From contig JAZODQ010000127.1 in NCBI GenBank assembly GCA_045597105.1, positions 19-64,018 on the forward strand: DNA of 64,000 bases, in the 5' to 3' direction. The position numbers were made by a program, and so were the translations under genes. The notes below the pieces were generated by a model, which was not told where the DNA came from, searched no databases, and saw only the letters and a list, made by a program, of their open reading frames with translations. The stretch comes from Acetatifactor sp. (lineage in GTDB: Bacteria; Bacillota; Clostridia; Lachnospirales; Lachnospiraceae). Shown here piece by piece: positions 10,355 through 20,882 of this stretch; the first letter of the stretch is position 1, and the number at the start of each line of letters is the position of its first letter.

Positions 10355-11296
10355 TTAGGAGGGATTTTGGATGTTTTCCTCCACTTTTTCTTCCTTTTTC
10401 GCTGCTTTCGCGAAAGGACCGGTGTAAATAAATGCTTCCATTCGACCTTTTTTAATGCGTGTGCGAGCTATCACTTCTCCCACAACTGCTATCAAAACAC
10501 ATACAATTGCTACCACCTGTGACACAGCAATCCCTGTCCCGGGCAAATGCAACTGATCTGTACGCAGGGATTCAATCCAGAACCTGCCCAGACCATATCC
10601 GCCAAGGTAAAGCAGACAGATTTCTCCTTCAAACTTCTTATGGGTTCTGTACAGAAGCAGCAAAATCAATAGTAGTGCATTCCACATACTCTCATATAAA
10701 AAGGTAGGATGTACCTGAATGTAATTCGTACCTTCTACAATATGAGCTGCTATTTCTTCCGTAATTTCGTGGCTACGCACTGCTTCTATGGGCAGTCTCA
10801 TAGCAAAGAGACCATCCGTATAACCGCCAAATGCCTCACGATTCATAAAATTGCCCCAGCGTCCGATTGCCTGTCCTAAAATCAGGCCCAAAACTCCCGT
10901 ATCTGCCAACCGGAAGAAATTCACCTTTTTCAGTTTACAGAACACCAAACCGGTAATGAACGCGGCAATGACTGCTCCGTATATAGCCATACCACCATTT
11001 CTGGTATTAAAGATATTCAGCAAATTATCCTTATAAAGATCCCAGGAAAAGGCTACATAATACAGTCTTGCTCCAATAATGCTGAAAATCACGGCATAAA
11101 TAGCAAAATCCCAGACAATCTCCGGATCATAACCCATTTTTTTCGCATCACGGGCCGCCAGATTAATCCCCAGTATTACACCGATACCGATAATCAGACC
11201 ATAGAACGCAGCCTGGATTCCGAATAAGTTAAAAAATCTGGGAACATCTTCCAGATAAATCCCCAGATTAGGGAATGCAATATCCATTGTGTTCAT
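10355..11296 (-). CDS. lgt: Prolipoprotein diacylglyceryl transferase
   Basis: IIGARLYYV, GGMAIYG, GQAIGRWGNFMNREAFG, HPTFLYES. Confidence 0.96.
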   Translation of the reverse strand: MNTMDIAFPNLGIYLEDVPRFFNLFGIQAAFYGLIIGIGVILGINLAARDAKKMGYDPEIVWDFAIYAVIFSIIGARLYYVAFSWDLYKDNLLNIFNTRNGGMAIYGAVIAAFITGLVFCKLKKVNFFRLADTGVLGLILGQAIGRWGNFMNREAFGGYTDGLFAMRLPIEAVRSHEITEEIAAHIVEGTNYIQVHPTFLYESMWNALLLILLLLYRTHKKFEGEICLLYLGGYGLGRFWIESLRTDQLHLPGTGIAVSQVVAIVCVLIAVVGEVIARTRIKKGRMEAFIYTGPFAKAAKKEEKVEENIQNPS

Positions 11297-11311
11297 GTTG
11301 TCAACCTCTCG

Positions 11312-12409
11312 TTATACATTAAAGCGGAACAGGATCACATCTCCGTCCTGTACCACATATTCCTTACCTTCCATACCTACCAGACCTTTTTCTCTGGCCG
11401 CTGCCAGGGAACCATGCTCCAGCAGATCCTTGTAATTCACTACCTCTGCCTTGATAAAGCCTCTTTCAAAATCAGAGTGAATCTTGCCCGCTGCCTGAGG
11501 AGCCTTGGTACCCTTTTTAATGGTCCATGCTCTTGTCTCATCCTCACCGGCAGTCAAATAGGACATAAGGCCAAGCAGGGAATAACTTGCTGCAATCAGC
11601 TTCTCAAGGCCGGACTGGGCAATTCCAAGATCCTCCAAGAACATTGCCTTCTCATCATCATCCAGCTCTGCAATCTCCTGCTCTATCTGGGCACAGATCA
11701 CGAACACCTCACTGCCTTCACCTGCCGCAAATTCACGAACCTTGCCTACCATCTCATTGCTCTGTCCGTCATCTGCCAAATCATCCTCAGCCACATTTGC
11801 CGCATAAATTACAGGCTTGTAAGTAAGCAGATTATAGCCGCGCAGGATAGCCAGTTCGTCCTCATCATCCACTTCCAGACTCTTCGCCATCTTGCCTGCT
11901 TCCAGATGCTCCTTGATACGAGCCAGAAGTGCCTCCTCCTTCGCAAGTGTCTTGTCCATTCTGGCAGCTTTCACAACCTTTGCATTTCTACGCTCCAGAA
12001 TTTCCAGATCGGAGAAAATCAGTTCCAGATTAATGGTCTCAATATCACGCAAGGGATTTACATTACCATCCACATGGATTACATTGGTATCCTCAAAGCA
12101 ACGTACTACATGCACGATCGCATCCACCTCACGGATGTTGCTCAGGAACTGGTTGCCCAGACCTTCACCCTTGGATGCACCTTTTACAAGACCTGCAATA
12201 TCCACAAACTCAATCACTGCAGGAGTCACCTTCTTGGACTGATACATATCGCCCAGAAGCTTCAGTCTCTCATCCGGCACAGCCACGATACCTACATTAG
12301 GATCAATGGTACAGAAGGGATAGTTTGCAGACTCCGCTCCTGCTTTGGTTAATGAATTAAATAATGTACTTTTTCCTACGTTGGGAAGCCCCACGATACC
12401 TAGTTTCAT
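11312..12409 (-). CDS. ychF: Redox-regulated ATPase YchF
   Basis: [47 protein letters not shown]-terminal FRFNV. Confidence 0.98.
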   Translation of the reverse strand: MKLGIVGLPNVGKSTLFNSLTKAGAESANYPFCTIDPNVGIVAVPDERLKLLGDMYQSKKVTPAVIEFVDIAGLVKGASKGEGLGNQFLSNIREVDAIVHVVRCFEDTNVIHVDGNVNPLRDIETINLELIFSDLEILERRNAKVVKAARMDKTLAKEEALLARIKEHLEAGKMAKSLEVDDEDELAILRGYNLLTYKPVIYAANVAEDDLADDGQSNEMVGKVREFAAGEGSEVFVICAQIEQEIAELDDDEKAMFLEDLGIAQSGLEKLIAASYSLLGLMSYLTAGEDETRAWTIKKGTKAPQAAGKIHSDFERGFIKAEVVNYKDLLEHGSLAAAREKGLVGMEGKEYVVQDGDVILFRFNV

Positions 12410-12444
12410 TTCTATATCTCCTTTAGATTTTCTTATTTCACTAT

Positions 12445-12500
12445 AAAAAAAGAGCCTAATATAACTGATATATCATATCACAATCAGGCTCTTCATTCAA
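12445..12500 (-). terminator. Terminator hairpin overlapping the ychF promoter
   Basis: AAGAGCCTGAT...ATTAGGCTCTT plus T-run; TTGAAT-N17-TATGAT overlaps the hairpin. Confidence 0.6.
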
Positions 12501-12540
12501 TCTTTTTCAGTTTTTTGTAGAATTCCAATGCTTTGTCCGT

Positions 12541-13356
12541 TTACACAAGCAGGTAGGATGCAATATATTCCGTATCAGACTCTGTATTAAGCATTGGAGC
12601 ATTCTGTGAGAATACTACATTTAAACCAACCTCTTTAGCCGCAAGGACAAAGTGGCAAAGTGCAATTCCCATATCTACCATCTGCATATCATGGTTTGGG
12701 TCATGTCCAAACCCTTTACTACGTTTCAGATAAAAATGAACGGCATTGTCTGCTACAACCACGCGCCAGGGTTGCTTATTCACTGCAGAAGGTGATAACC
12801 GCACCATCTCCAGCGGTTGTGCCAGAGCACCTGCACTTTCTTTGCTCAAAGCCTTATCAAATGTACCGTCAAAAAATAATTCCTCAAAAGGCAATCGTTC
12901 ATCGGCTTTGATTGCTTTGCGCATCATGCTTTCACGCAAGGACATCTTCCCGGCAGGGTAGCCAAGTGGGCTTGCGCATGGCATTATTTCGTCCGTGTCA
13001 AGCTCCATCGCCTGCTCGAATGCCGAACGATTCATGGTACCGCCAAGCCAGACAGTGCCAATCCCCAGAGACTGAGCGTATAGCACCAGCATTTCAAAAG
13101 AATATCCGAAAGCAACATTGGAATTTGGAACCAACTTGATTTTGCCGCCTATGTATACATTCGTACCGCTGACAACGGGACAGGTTAAGCCATCCTCTTT
13201 TGCATTCAGAAATTTAAAGCTTACGGGAATCTCATAAGGATTTCTTATTTCCTCCATAAAGGAACGAAGTTTTTCTCTATCTTCTTCCGTTAACTCCCTG
13301 CCGTCATAGGTCCGCACACTTCTTCTTTGATGGATATATTCTTCAATATGCTTCAT
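12541..13356 (-). CDS. Nitroreductase family protein
   Basis: RRSVRTY, SLGIGTVWLGG, RLSPSAVNKQPW, DMGIALCHF. Confidence 0.85.
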   Translation of the reverse strand: MKHIEEYIHQRRSVRTYDGRELTEEDREKLRSFMEEIRNPYEIPVSFKFLNAKEDGLTCPVVSGTNVYIGGKIKLVPNSNVAFGYSFEMLVLYAQSLGIGTVWLGGTMNRSAFEQAMELDTDEIMPCASPLGYPAGKMSLRESMMRKAIKADERLPFEELFFDGTFDKALSKESAGALAQPLEMVRLSPSAVNKQPWRVVVADNAVHFYLKRSKGFGHDPNHDMQMVDMGIALCHFVLAAKEVGLNVVFSQNAPMLNTESDTEYIASYLLV

Positions 13357-13415
13357 AGTTGGTCTCCTTTTATTTTGCCCGGCCTCTTGTACTATATCTA
13401 AATTATCACCACGAT

Positions 13416-13811
13416 TTAAAATTCAATACAGCGGGATGCCTCAGTAAAGGAACAAATCTGTGCCACAGCATTTTGGAGATAATATACCGCAGTATTACCG
13501 TCACCTGCTTTATACATGGCCTTTAAGTTAGGATATGCCTCCAGCATATGCTCCTGGGCTTTGATATCATCGTCAAGAACAGCCTCCGCTGCAATGCGAA
13601 TCCATCTGCCATCCTGCGCCATAGCACTGATTTCAACCTTAGGGTTAGCAATCATTTGCTGTGCAACAGCCTTCACTTTACCGGTCTGAATATACAGCTT
13701 ATTTTCAAATAAATCAATGGTGCCAAAGGGACGTACTCTGGGCTGGTCCCCTTCTACTGTAGCCAAATAATATACACCACATTCCTTCAGAAACTCATAT
13801 ACTTCGTTCAT
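13416..13811 (-). CDS. Pyridoxamine 5'-phosphate oxidase-like FMN-binding protein
   Basis: YYLATVEGDQPRVRPFG, NPKVEI. Confidence 0.85.
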   Translation of the reverse strand: MNEVYEFLKECGVYYLATVEGDQPRVRPFGTIDLFENKLYIQTGKVKAVAQQMIANPKVEISAMAQDGRWIRIAAEAVLDDDIKAQEHMLEAYPNLKAMYKAGDGNTAVYYLQNAVAQICSFTEASRCIEF

Positions 13812-13849
13812 CGTTTTTCTCCTTTTTAAAAAATTTTACTTTCATATTG

Positions 13850-14776
13850 TCATTTATAATTTCTGGTTGTTTTCTCTGCAGAACTATCCTTGCCCTTATA
13901 CTTCACTTTCTTGTTCTTCAGCTCTTCATATAGCAAGCAATAGTTGTCATACCGCATCTGTGAAATCGTCCCTTCAGCCACAGCATCCCTGACACCGCAC
14001 ACGGGCTCCTGAATATGGGCACAACCTGCAAAACGGCAGTACTGCTCTTCACGGATGAATTCCGGGAAGAAGCCTGCCAGCTCTTCCTTTTCCATGTCAA
14101 AAAGAGACAGGGAGCTAAAGCCCGGCGTATCCAGTATATAGGTATCCTCAGATATGGCTATCAGCTCCGAATGTCTGGTGGTATGCTTACCGCGCTCTAT
14201 CTTGGTACTGATGCTGCCGGTTTCCATGACAATACCGGATTGTAATTCGTTTACCAAAGAGGACTTACCCACGCCGCTGGGACCTGCTACTGTAGTGGTT
14301 TTGCCCTTTAACAGTTCCTGTAAGTGCTCCAGTCCTTCTTTGCTATGTGCACTGACCTGTAAGGTGGTATATCCACAGTCACTGTAAATCTTTTCATAAG
14401 CTTCACCCTGTCCATCCGCATCTATATCCAGCTTGTTGAAGCAGATAATGCAGGGGATGTCCTGCTGTTCCATCATGATGAGAAACCTGTCCAACAGATT
14501 AAAATTAGGCTGTGGCTTCACGATGGAGAATATGACCAGTGCCTGGTCCACATTGGCTACCGCAGGTCTTATAAGACTACTGCGGCGCTCCAATATTTTT
14601 TGTATATTACCCAGTCTTTTATCCTCATCCAGTATTTCCAATTCTACGTCATCACCTACCAGAGGTTTCTGACCATCCTTACGAAATACACCCTTGGCCT
14701 TGCATTCATAGACAGTGCCGCCGGTGGTATGCACATAATAAAAACCGGCTATTCCCTTAACAATTTTTCCTTGCAT
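13850..14776 (-). CDS. rsgA: Ribosome small subunit-dependent GTPase A
   Basis: NKLD, GPSGVGKSS, RGKHTTRH, DTPGFS, C-terminal CxFxxCxHxxEPxC. Confidence 0.97.
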   Translation of the reverse strand: MQGKIVKGIAGFYYVHTTGGTVYECKAKGVFRKDGQKPLVGDDVELEILDEDKRLGNIQKILERRSSLIRPAVANVDQALVIFSIVKPQPNFNLLDRFLIMMEQQDIPCIICFNKLDIDADGQGEAYEKIYSDCGYTTLQVSAHSKEGLEHLQELLKGKTTTVAGPSGVGKSSLVNELQSGIVMETGSISTKIERGKHTTRHSELIAISEDTYILDTPGFSSLSLFDMEKEELAGFFPEFIREEQYCRFAGCAHIQEPVCGVRDAVAEGTISQMRYDNYCLLYEELKNKKVKYKGKDSSAEKTTRNYK

Positions 14777-14779
14777 ATG

Positions 14780-16912
14780 CTACTCTCGCACAAATTCAAT
14801 TTTACGACTGAAAGTCTTGGTCTCCTTTTCCGTTGAACCTGCCGTTTCTCCGTCTTCAGGATCAGGCTTGGTTTTATTTTCCACGGTATAGGTAAAGGTT
14901 AAGGTACCTGTGGGAGACTTTAATCCATAATAATTCACCACATGGGGGAACGTAGTAATCACTGTCTCCTCCATCAATACCTGACCATCATCTGCCACTA
15001 ATTTAACAGAAACTTCCATACCCGCCACGTAATCAGGCGCTTCCTGGGCAGTAGGCGCCTCAATGCTGCCGTTATACTTGTATGTCACGGGTTCTGCGCC
15101 CTGACTGATTGTAATATCGATTACCGTATCCTGGTCCACATAGGTATCTGCAGAATAGCTCTGGTAACAAATCAGACCTGCTGCCACGTCTGCACTGAAA
15201 ATATAGGACACTTCACCCACCTTCAAATTACTGGACTGAATCAGTGCCATACCATCCGCACCTGTTAAACCGATCAGCTTCGGTACCTTTACCTTTTCCT
15301 TACCTAAGCTTACCGTCAGCGTAATCACACTGCCTGCCGGAACCTTACTGTTGCTCACGGGATTCTGAGAAATGACATTTCCCTTTTCCACTGTGGAAGA
15401 ATAGTTATCGGCTCTGTTTACTACAAAACCTAACTCTGTCAACTTGCTGTATGCAGCCTCATAGCTCGAATTGTATACATCCGGTACAGCTATGCCCTTT
15501 GTACCCGCACTTACTACCAGTGTCACATCGGTGCCTTCCGGAATACTTGCTCCCACCCCGATATCTGTACTGATAACAATATCTTTTTCCACTACGTCAG
15601 ACTCCTGATATTCCAGTATGGGATTCAGCTTCAAGGCTTTCAGCTGCTTACGGGCCTCATTTACGTCCATACCTACTACCTTCGGCATGGAAACTTTTAC
15701 TTCTTCTGAACCACTTTCTGATGTCTCTATATCTTCTCCTATGATTACGCCCGAAGAATCCGTAGGATTATCCGGCATTTCATCATTCCCGGAACCTGCA
15801 AATACCTTCAGTGCCAGAATCAATATAATAATGCAAAGAGCTATTCCGCCGATAATGGGAAGCCAGGTAACCAGACGGTCTATCTTGGAATCTCTCGCAT
15901 AGCCTTGCGTCTCTTCCGGATAATCATAGTTACCGTTATATTCCTCCTGACGAAGTCGCATATTACCGGTCACATCATGTACCGAACCATCCATATGTGC
16001 AGACTTGCGCTTAATCTGTGCAAGATCCCCTTCCGACACTGCACGGGTACCGCCTTCTGCGTCCGGGTCCACAAATACCACGAAATTGCCTTCCGGTTGC
16101 TGAAGTGCCTGCTTCAAATCTGCTATCAGTTCCTTCATGTTGTGATAACGTCTGTCAGGAGATTTCTCACAGCACTTAAAGATAATATCTTCCACACCTG
16201 CAGGTATTTCCGATACAAATTCTGAAGGTGCCGGCAACTCCTCCTGTATATGTTTGATTGCAATTGCAACCGTAGTTTCTCCATTAAAGGGCACTCTGCC
16301 CGTAAGCATTTCAAATAAAGTAATACCCATGGAATAGATATCACTCTTTTCATCACTGTAACCGCCTCTGGCCTGTTCCGGTGATGTATAATGTACAGAC
16401 CCCATAACATTGGAGGTAATTGTATTACTGGTAGCTGCCTTGGCAATACCAAAGTCCGTCACCTTTACCTTACCGTCCTTGGAAATAATAATATTCTGGG
16501 GCTTGATATCTCTGTGTATAATATGATTATTATGGGCCGCCTCAATACCCATGCTTACCTGTATAGCGATACTGACAGCCTCTTTATAAGATAATCTTGC
16601 TTTCTTTTCAATATATTTTTTCAGAGTGATACCCTCTACCAGCTCCATTACGATATAGTAGATTTCACCCTCTTCTCCAACATCATATACATTTACGATA
16701 TTAGAATGCATCAGCCCTGCTGCCGCCTGGGCTTCTATACGGAATTTGGATACAAAGTTGGCATTTTCACTGAACTCCTGTTTCAGCACTTTTACTGCAA
16801 CATGACGATTCAATTTATGACACTTCGCCTTATATACATCCGACATGCCACCCGTTCCGATTTTTTCTAAAATCTCATAACGGTCGCCTATCATCATTCC
16901 TATTTTGACCAT
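14780..16912 (-). CDS. pknB: PASTA-domain Ser/Thr protein kinase (PknB/PrkC/Stk1)
   Basis: IGTGGMSDVY, HRDIKPQN, DFGIA, TM segment, three PASTA-like repeats; start approximate. Confidence 0.95.
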   Translation of the reverse strand: MVKIGMMIGDRYEILEKIGTGGMSDVYKAKCHKLNRHVAVKVLKQEFSENANFVSKFRIEAQAAAGLMHSNIVNVYDVGEEGEIYYIVMELVEGITLKKYIEKKARLSYKEAVSIAIQVSMGIEAAHNNHIIHRDIKPQNIIISKDGKVKVTDFGIAKAATSNTITSNVMGSVHYTSPEQARGGYSDEKSDIYSMGITLFEMLTGRVPFNGETTVAIAIKHIQEELPAPSEFVSEIPAGVEDIIFKCCEKSPDRRYHNMKELIADLKQALQQPEGNFVVFVDPDAEGGTRAVSEGDLAQIKRKSAHMDGSVHDVTGNMRLRQEEYNGNYDYPEETQGYARDSKIDRLVTWLPIIGGIALCIIILILALKVFAGSGNDEMPDNPTDSSGVIIGEDIETSESGSEEVKVSMPKVVGMDVNEARKQLKALKLNPILEYQESDVVEKDIVISTDIGVGASIPEGTDVTLVVSAGTKGIAVPDVYNSSYEAAYSKLTELGFVVNRADNYSSTVEKGNVISQNPVSNSKVPAGSVITLTVSLGKEKVKVPKLIGLTGADGMALIQSSNLKVGEVSYIFSADVAAGLICYQSYSADTYVDQDTVIDITISQGAEPVTYKYNGSIEAPTAQEAPDYVAGMEVSVKLVADDGQVLMEETVITTFPHVVNYYGLKSPTGTLTFTYTVENKTKPDPEDGETAGSTEKETKTFSRKIEFVRE

Positions 16913-16941
16913 TGTTTCAACCATGCCTTTCCTATACAATA

Positions 16942-17667
16942 CTACCTGGTTACCAATATTACGGAAATATTATCCTTGCCTCCGTTTTCATTGGCTCTAT
17001 CCACCAATGTCTGTGCCTTGACGTGAAGCTCACCTTCACCTCTTAGTATGCCTTGAATTTCTTTATCTTCCAGCATATTTGTCAGACCATCAGAGCACAT
17101 TAGTATCATATCCTCATCCTGCAGCCCCACCGTAAAGCAATCTACTTCCACGGTATTTTTGCCACCGACAGCCCTGGTAATAATATTTTTATCCGGATGA
17201 TTACGTGCATCATCCCTTGCAATTCCTCCCATACGAATCATTTCTTCTACCAAAGAATGATCCCGGGTAATTTGTTGTATCTCATTCTTCCCGCTGATGT
17301 AAAGACGACTGTCTCCTACATTTGCCACATACAGCGTATCTCCGATACAGGTAGCCGCAACTACTGTCGTCCCCATACCCGCCAGATCCGTAGCACAGGA
17401 TGCCACCTTTAAAACCACATCATTGGAAGCTTCAATTGCCTTACAAAGCAATTGCTTCGGATCCGCATTATCATCATTTGCAATTTCGTTTAAAATCGTT
17501 TCCACCGTAATCTTTGAAGCAAAGTCACCTGCATTGTGCCCTCCCATACCATCTGCCACAATAAACAGATTGGGAAGCTTGCCTACAGGCGTCTCTGTTG
17601 TATAAACATAATCCTGATTCAGTTTTCGCTTTTTACCGACGTCGGATATTCCAACTGCTTTCAGCAC
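16942..17667 (-). CDS. stp: PP2C Ser/Thr phosphatase Stp1/PrpC
   Basis: VADGMGGH, NVGDSRLY, CSDGLTNM, GGKDNIS; GTG start after AGGAGG. Confidence 0.93.
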   Translation of the reverse strand: MLKAVGISDVGKKRKLNQDYVYTTETPVGKLPNLFIVADGMGGHNAGDFASKITVETILNEIANDDNADPKQLLCKAIEASNDVVLKVASCATDLAGMGTTVVAATCIGDTLYVANVGDSRLYISGKNEIQQITRDHSLVEEMIRMGGIARDDARNHPDKNIITRAVGGKNTVEVDCFTVGLQDEDMILMCSDGLTNMLEDKEIQGILRGEGELHVKAQTLVDRANENGGKDNISVILVTR

Positions 17668-18710
17668 TGCTTTTCCTCCTTGATATGTCTGCGACGCAGC
17701 TGTCCGCATGCGCCGTCTATATCTCTGCCCATTTCCCTTCTTATAGTAACATTAATTTTGTTTTTTTCAAGTTTATTTTTGAAGGCTTGTATGCGTCCCG
17801 TCTCTGATTGCACATAATCTCTTTCCTTAATGGGATTTACCGGTATCAGATTAATATGACAACACAAAGGGCCGGCCAGCCGAGTAAGCTCCGCCGCATC
17901 CTCGTCCGTATCATTCACGCCGCCCACCAGACTGTACTCAAAGGTGATACGCCTGCCGGTCTGCTCAAAATAATATGCACATGCCTCCATAAGTTCCCTG
18001 ATAGAGTACTTATTTGCGATTGGCATCAGTTGCTTACGCTTTTCATCCGTTGTAGCATGCAATGACAATGCCAGGGTAATCTGTAGCTTTTCCTCTGCCA
18101 GCTGACGCATGCGCGGTACGATACCACAGGTGGATACCGTGATATTTCTCTGACTGATGTTCAATCCCTTTTCATCCGTAAGAAGCCTTAAAAAGGTCAG
18201 CAGATTGTCATAATTGTCCATGGGTTCTCCCGTGCCCATAACTACCACATTGGACACTCTTTCCCCTGTCAGTCTGGTAATGGCATATATTTGCTCCAGC
18301 ATCTCAGAGGGCAATAAATTCCTCTCCAGACCATCCAATGTGGATGCACAAAATCTGCACCCCATGCGGCATCCCACCTGTGAAGAAATGCACACACTGT
18401 TACCGTGCTTATATTTCATCCAGACACTTTCCACCACATTGCCGTCCGCCAATTCAAATAAATATTTTCTGGTACCGTCAATCTTTGACTCCTGTACCTG
18501 AATGGCATGAAGATGGGTATAAGTATAGCGCTCTGCGCACTTTTCGCGAAGTGCCTTGGGCAGATTGGTCATCTCCTCAAAGCTCCCGGCCAGTTTCACG
18601 TGCATCCATTCATATATCTGAGCCGCACGGAAGGCCTTTTCTCCCAGCTGCTCCATCTCTTCTTTTAACTCTTGCAGACTGAATGATTTAATATCTGCTT
18701 TCTCTAACAT
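17661..18710 (-). CDS. rlmN: Dual-specificity RNA methyltransferase RlmN
   Basis: SSQVGCRMGCRFC, MGTGEP, DIDGACGQL. Confidence 0.96.
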   Translation of the reverse strand: MLEKADIKSFSLQELKEEMEQLGEKAFRAAQIYEWMHVKLAGSFEEMTNLPKALREKCAERYTYTHLHAIQVQESKIDGTRKYLFELADGNVVESVWMKYKHGNSVCISSQVGCRMGCRFCASTLDGLERNLLPSEMLEQIYAITRLTGERVSNVVVMGTGEPMDNYDNLLTFLRLLTDEKGLNISQRNITVSTCGIVPRMRQLAEEKLQITLALSLHATTDEKRKQLMPIANKYSIRELMEACAYYFEQTGRRITFEYSLVGGVNDTDEDAAELTRLAGPLCCHINLIPVNPIKERDYVQSETGRIQAFKNKLEKNKINVTIRREMGRDIDGACGQLRRRHIKEEKQC

Positions 18711-18729
18711 GTGCTTAACCATGCCTTTC

Positions 18730-20112
18730 TCATTTTCTTCTTAATACTGCAAAGAAAAATCCGTCCGTTTCCATAATGCCCGGAAATAACTGCACACAGC
18801 TGTCTGCAAGGACTGTATCCGAAGCCGCTATCAGATCCGCCGCCTTATCCCGCTCTTTAGCAAGCTTCTCAGGGATGCGTTCCCTTATATCCACTGCCTC
18901 AAAAGGGAAATGCTCTGTAATCCACTGTACCATCTCCTGATTTTCCGCAGGGTTCACGGTACAGGTACTATATAGCAGTATACCGCCCTTTTTCACGTAT
19001 TCCCAGCTGTTTGTAACAATACTCTTTTGCAATGCATTCAAACTCTCCAGGCTTTCAAGGGTAACATTGTATTTAATGTCCCTCTTTTTGCCGATGATAC
19101 CAAGACCCGAACAGGGCACATCCATAATCACCACATCCGCCTGCTCTTTTAGCGTGTCATCCTTACAACCGGCATCATATACCTGGGTCTCCACATTTGT
19201 AAGTCCCATGCGCTGTATATTTTCTCGGATGTAGTCCAGCTTTTCTTCCGAAACATCCCGGGATAGTACCCTGCCTGCCTTTTCTGCAGCCAACATGGTC
19301 TTGCCTCCGGGCGCTGCACAAATGTCCACGACAAAATCTCCCACCTGAATACCTGCTGCCTCCACAGCCAATGCAGAACTTACATCCTGTATAACAAACT
19401 TACCTTCCGTAAACCCCGGAAGCTTTCTGATATCCTCGGTATTCTTTGCTGTATATACATAGGGCAGATACGCACTTTGGGTAAGTACCACACCCTTTTC
19501 TTCCATCTGTTTTACATACTGCGTTATTTCCTCACAAGTCAAACCCGTACTGAAACGTATGGATACGGGATGAATCTCCAGCAAACTCTCCAGCATCCCT
19601 TTCGTAATTTCACCGCCGTATTCCGTCAGCCATTTTTCCACAATCCACCGGGGCATGGAATATTTTACTGTCAGATAAGCAGTCAAATCTGCTGCCGGGT
19701 CCGGTGTGGGCAATGCGTCTTTCTGCTTGGCAATGTTTCGCAACACACCGTTGATAAAACCCTTCAGGCCGGCAAATTTTCTCTTCTGTGCCAGCTTCAC
19801 AGCCTCGTTACATACTGCACTATCCGGTATGGCGTCCATAAATACCAGCTGATATACGCTCATACGAAGCAGACAACGTATCAGAGGCTTCATTTTTCTC
19901 ACCGGAACAGAGGAAAAACTGTCAAGATAATAATCCAGCTCTATTTTCCGCTCCAGGGTTCCTTCCAACACTCTCTTGATAAACGATTTATCCTGGGATG
20001 GCAGGTAACCGTACTTATCCAGTACCGCCTTTATCAGTCTGCCGTCATATTCCTTGTTTCTTTCCATCTCAAGGAGGGTATCCAATATAATTTCTCTGCT
20101 ATTTTCAGCCAT
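18730..20112 (-). CDS. rsmB: 16S rRNA m5C967 methyltransferase RsmB/Sun
   Basis: NusB-like N-terminus, CAAPGGK, DVPCSGLG, YSTCT, DGFF. Confidence 0.95.
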   Translation of the reverse strand: MAENSREIILDTLLEMERNKEYDGRLIKAVLDKYGYLPSQDKSFIKRVLEGTLERKIELDYYLDSFSSVPVRKMKPLIRCLLRMSVYQLVFMDAIPDSAVCNEAVKLAQKRKFAGLKGFINGVLRNIAKQKDALPTPDPAADLTAYLTVKYSMPRWIVEKWLTEYGGEITKGMLESLLEIHPVSIRFSTGLTCEEITQYVKQMEEKGVVLTQSAYLPYVYTAKNTEDIRKLPGFTEGKFVIQDVSSALAVEAAGIQVGDFVVDICAAPGGKTMLAAEKAGRVLSRDVSEEKLDYIRENIQRMGLTNVETQVYDAGCKDDTLKEQADVVIMDVPCSGLGIIGKKRDIKYNVTLESLESLNALQKSIVTNSWEYVKKGGILLYSTCTVNPAENQEMVQWITEHFPFEAVDIRERIPEKLAKERDKAADLIAASDTVLADSCVQLFPGIMETDGFFFAVLRRK

Positions 20113-20117
20113 TATCC

Positions 20118-20831
20118 TCAGTTACTCCTTCTACGATTTCCTCCAAAGAGCAAAATAAGTCTCAGCAGCTGCAACATGGAGGATGCTGCTGCTGCCACAT
20201 AGGTCAGTGCCGCTGCCTGAAGTACCTTTTTACCACCCTTTATCTCCTCCTGGGTGAGCATGCCCCGCTGTCCTATAATTGCCAACGCTCTGGAGGAAGC
20301 ATTAAACTCTACCGGCAATGTCACTAACTGGAAAAGTACTGCCAGCGAAAAAGCTATGATACCGATTTGTATCAGGGTCTGATTCCAGCTAAGCAAGACA
20401 CCGATTAAAATAATGGGCATTCCCAGATTACTGCCGATATTGGCTACCGGTACCAGACTGCTTCTAAACTTCAAAGGTGCATAACCTTTGGCATGCTGAA
20501 TGGCATGACCACATTCATGGGCTGCCACCGCTATAGCAGTTACCGTTGCCCCATGATAATTTCCGGAAGACAGCCTCACCGCCTGTGCAGAAGGGTCATA
20601 ATGATCTCCTGCAGATATTGCTTCCACACTTACATGGGAAAGCCCTTCCGCATCCAGAATTCTGCGTGCTGCCTGCGCGCCGCTCATACCATACATGTTA
20701 CGAACCTTACTATATTTGTTCATGGTGGCATTCACCAGTGCACTGGCTCCCAGGCACAAAACCATACCGATAATCACCAGTAAGTAGGTGATATCCAACC
20801 CAAAACCATAATATCCTCCAAATAAAAACAT
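20118..20831 (-). CDS. YugP-family neutral zinc metallopeptidase
   Basis: DHYDP, AAHECGHAIQH, TLPVEFNAS, AAALTYVA. Confidence 0.9.
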   Translation of the reverse strand: MFLFGGYYGFGLDITYLLVIIGMVLCLGASALVNATMNKYSKVRNMYGMSGAQAARRILDAEGLSHVSVEAISAGDHYDPSAQAVRLSSGNYHGATVTAIAVAAHECGHAIQHAKGYAPLKFRSSLVPVANIGSNLGMPIILIGVLLSWNQTLIQIGIIAFSLAVLFQLVTLPVEFNASSRALAIIGQRGMLTQEEIKGGKKVLQAAALTYVAAAASSMLQLLRLILLFGGNRRRSN

Positions 20832-20882
20832 ATATTCCCCTTTCTGAAATTGTGTTTCTACTACAATCCCAAGCCTGTCAAA

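Noticed and set aside
11414-12352. 312-aa plus-strand ORF
   Set aside because: Antisense to ychF; explained by codon bias, with no motif or SD.
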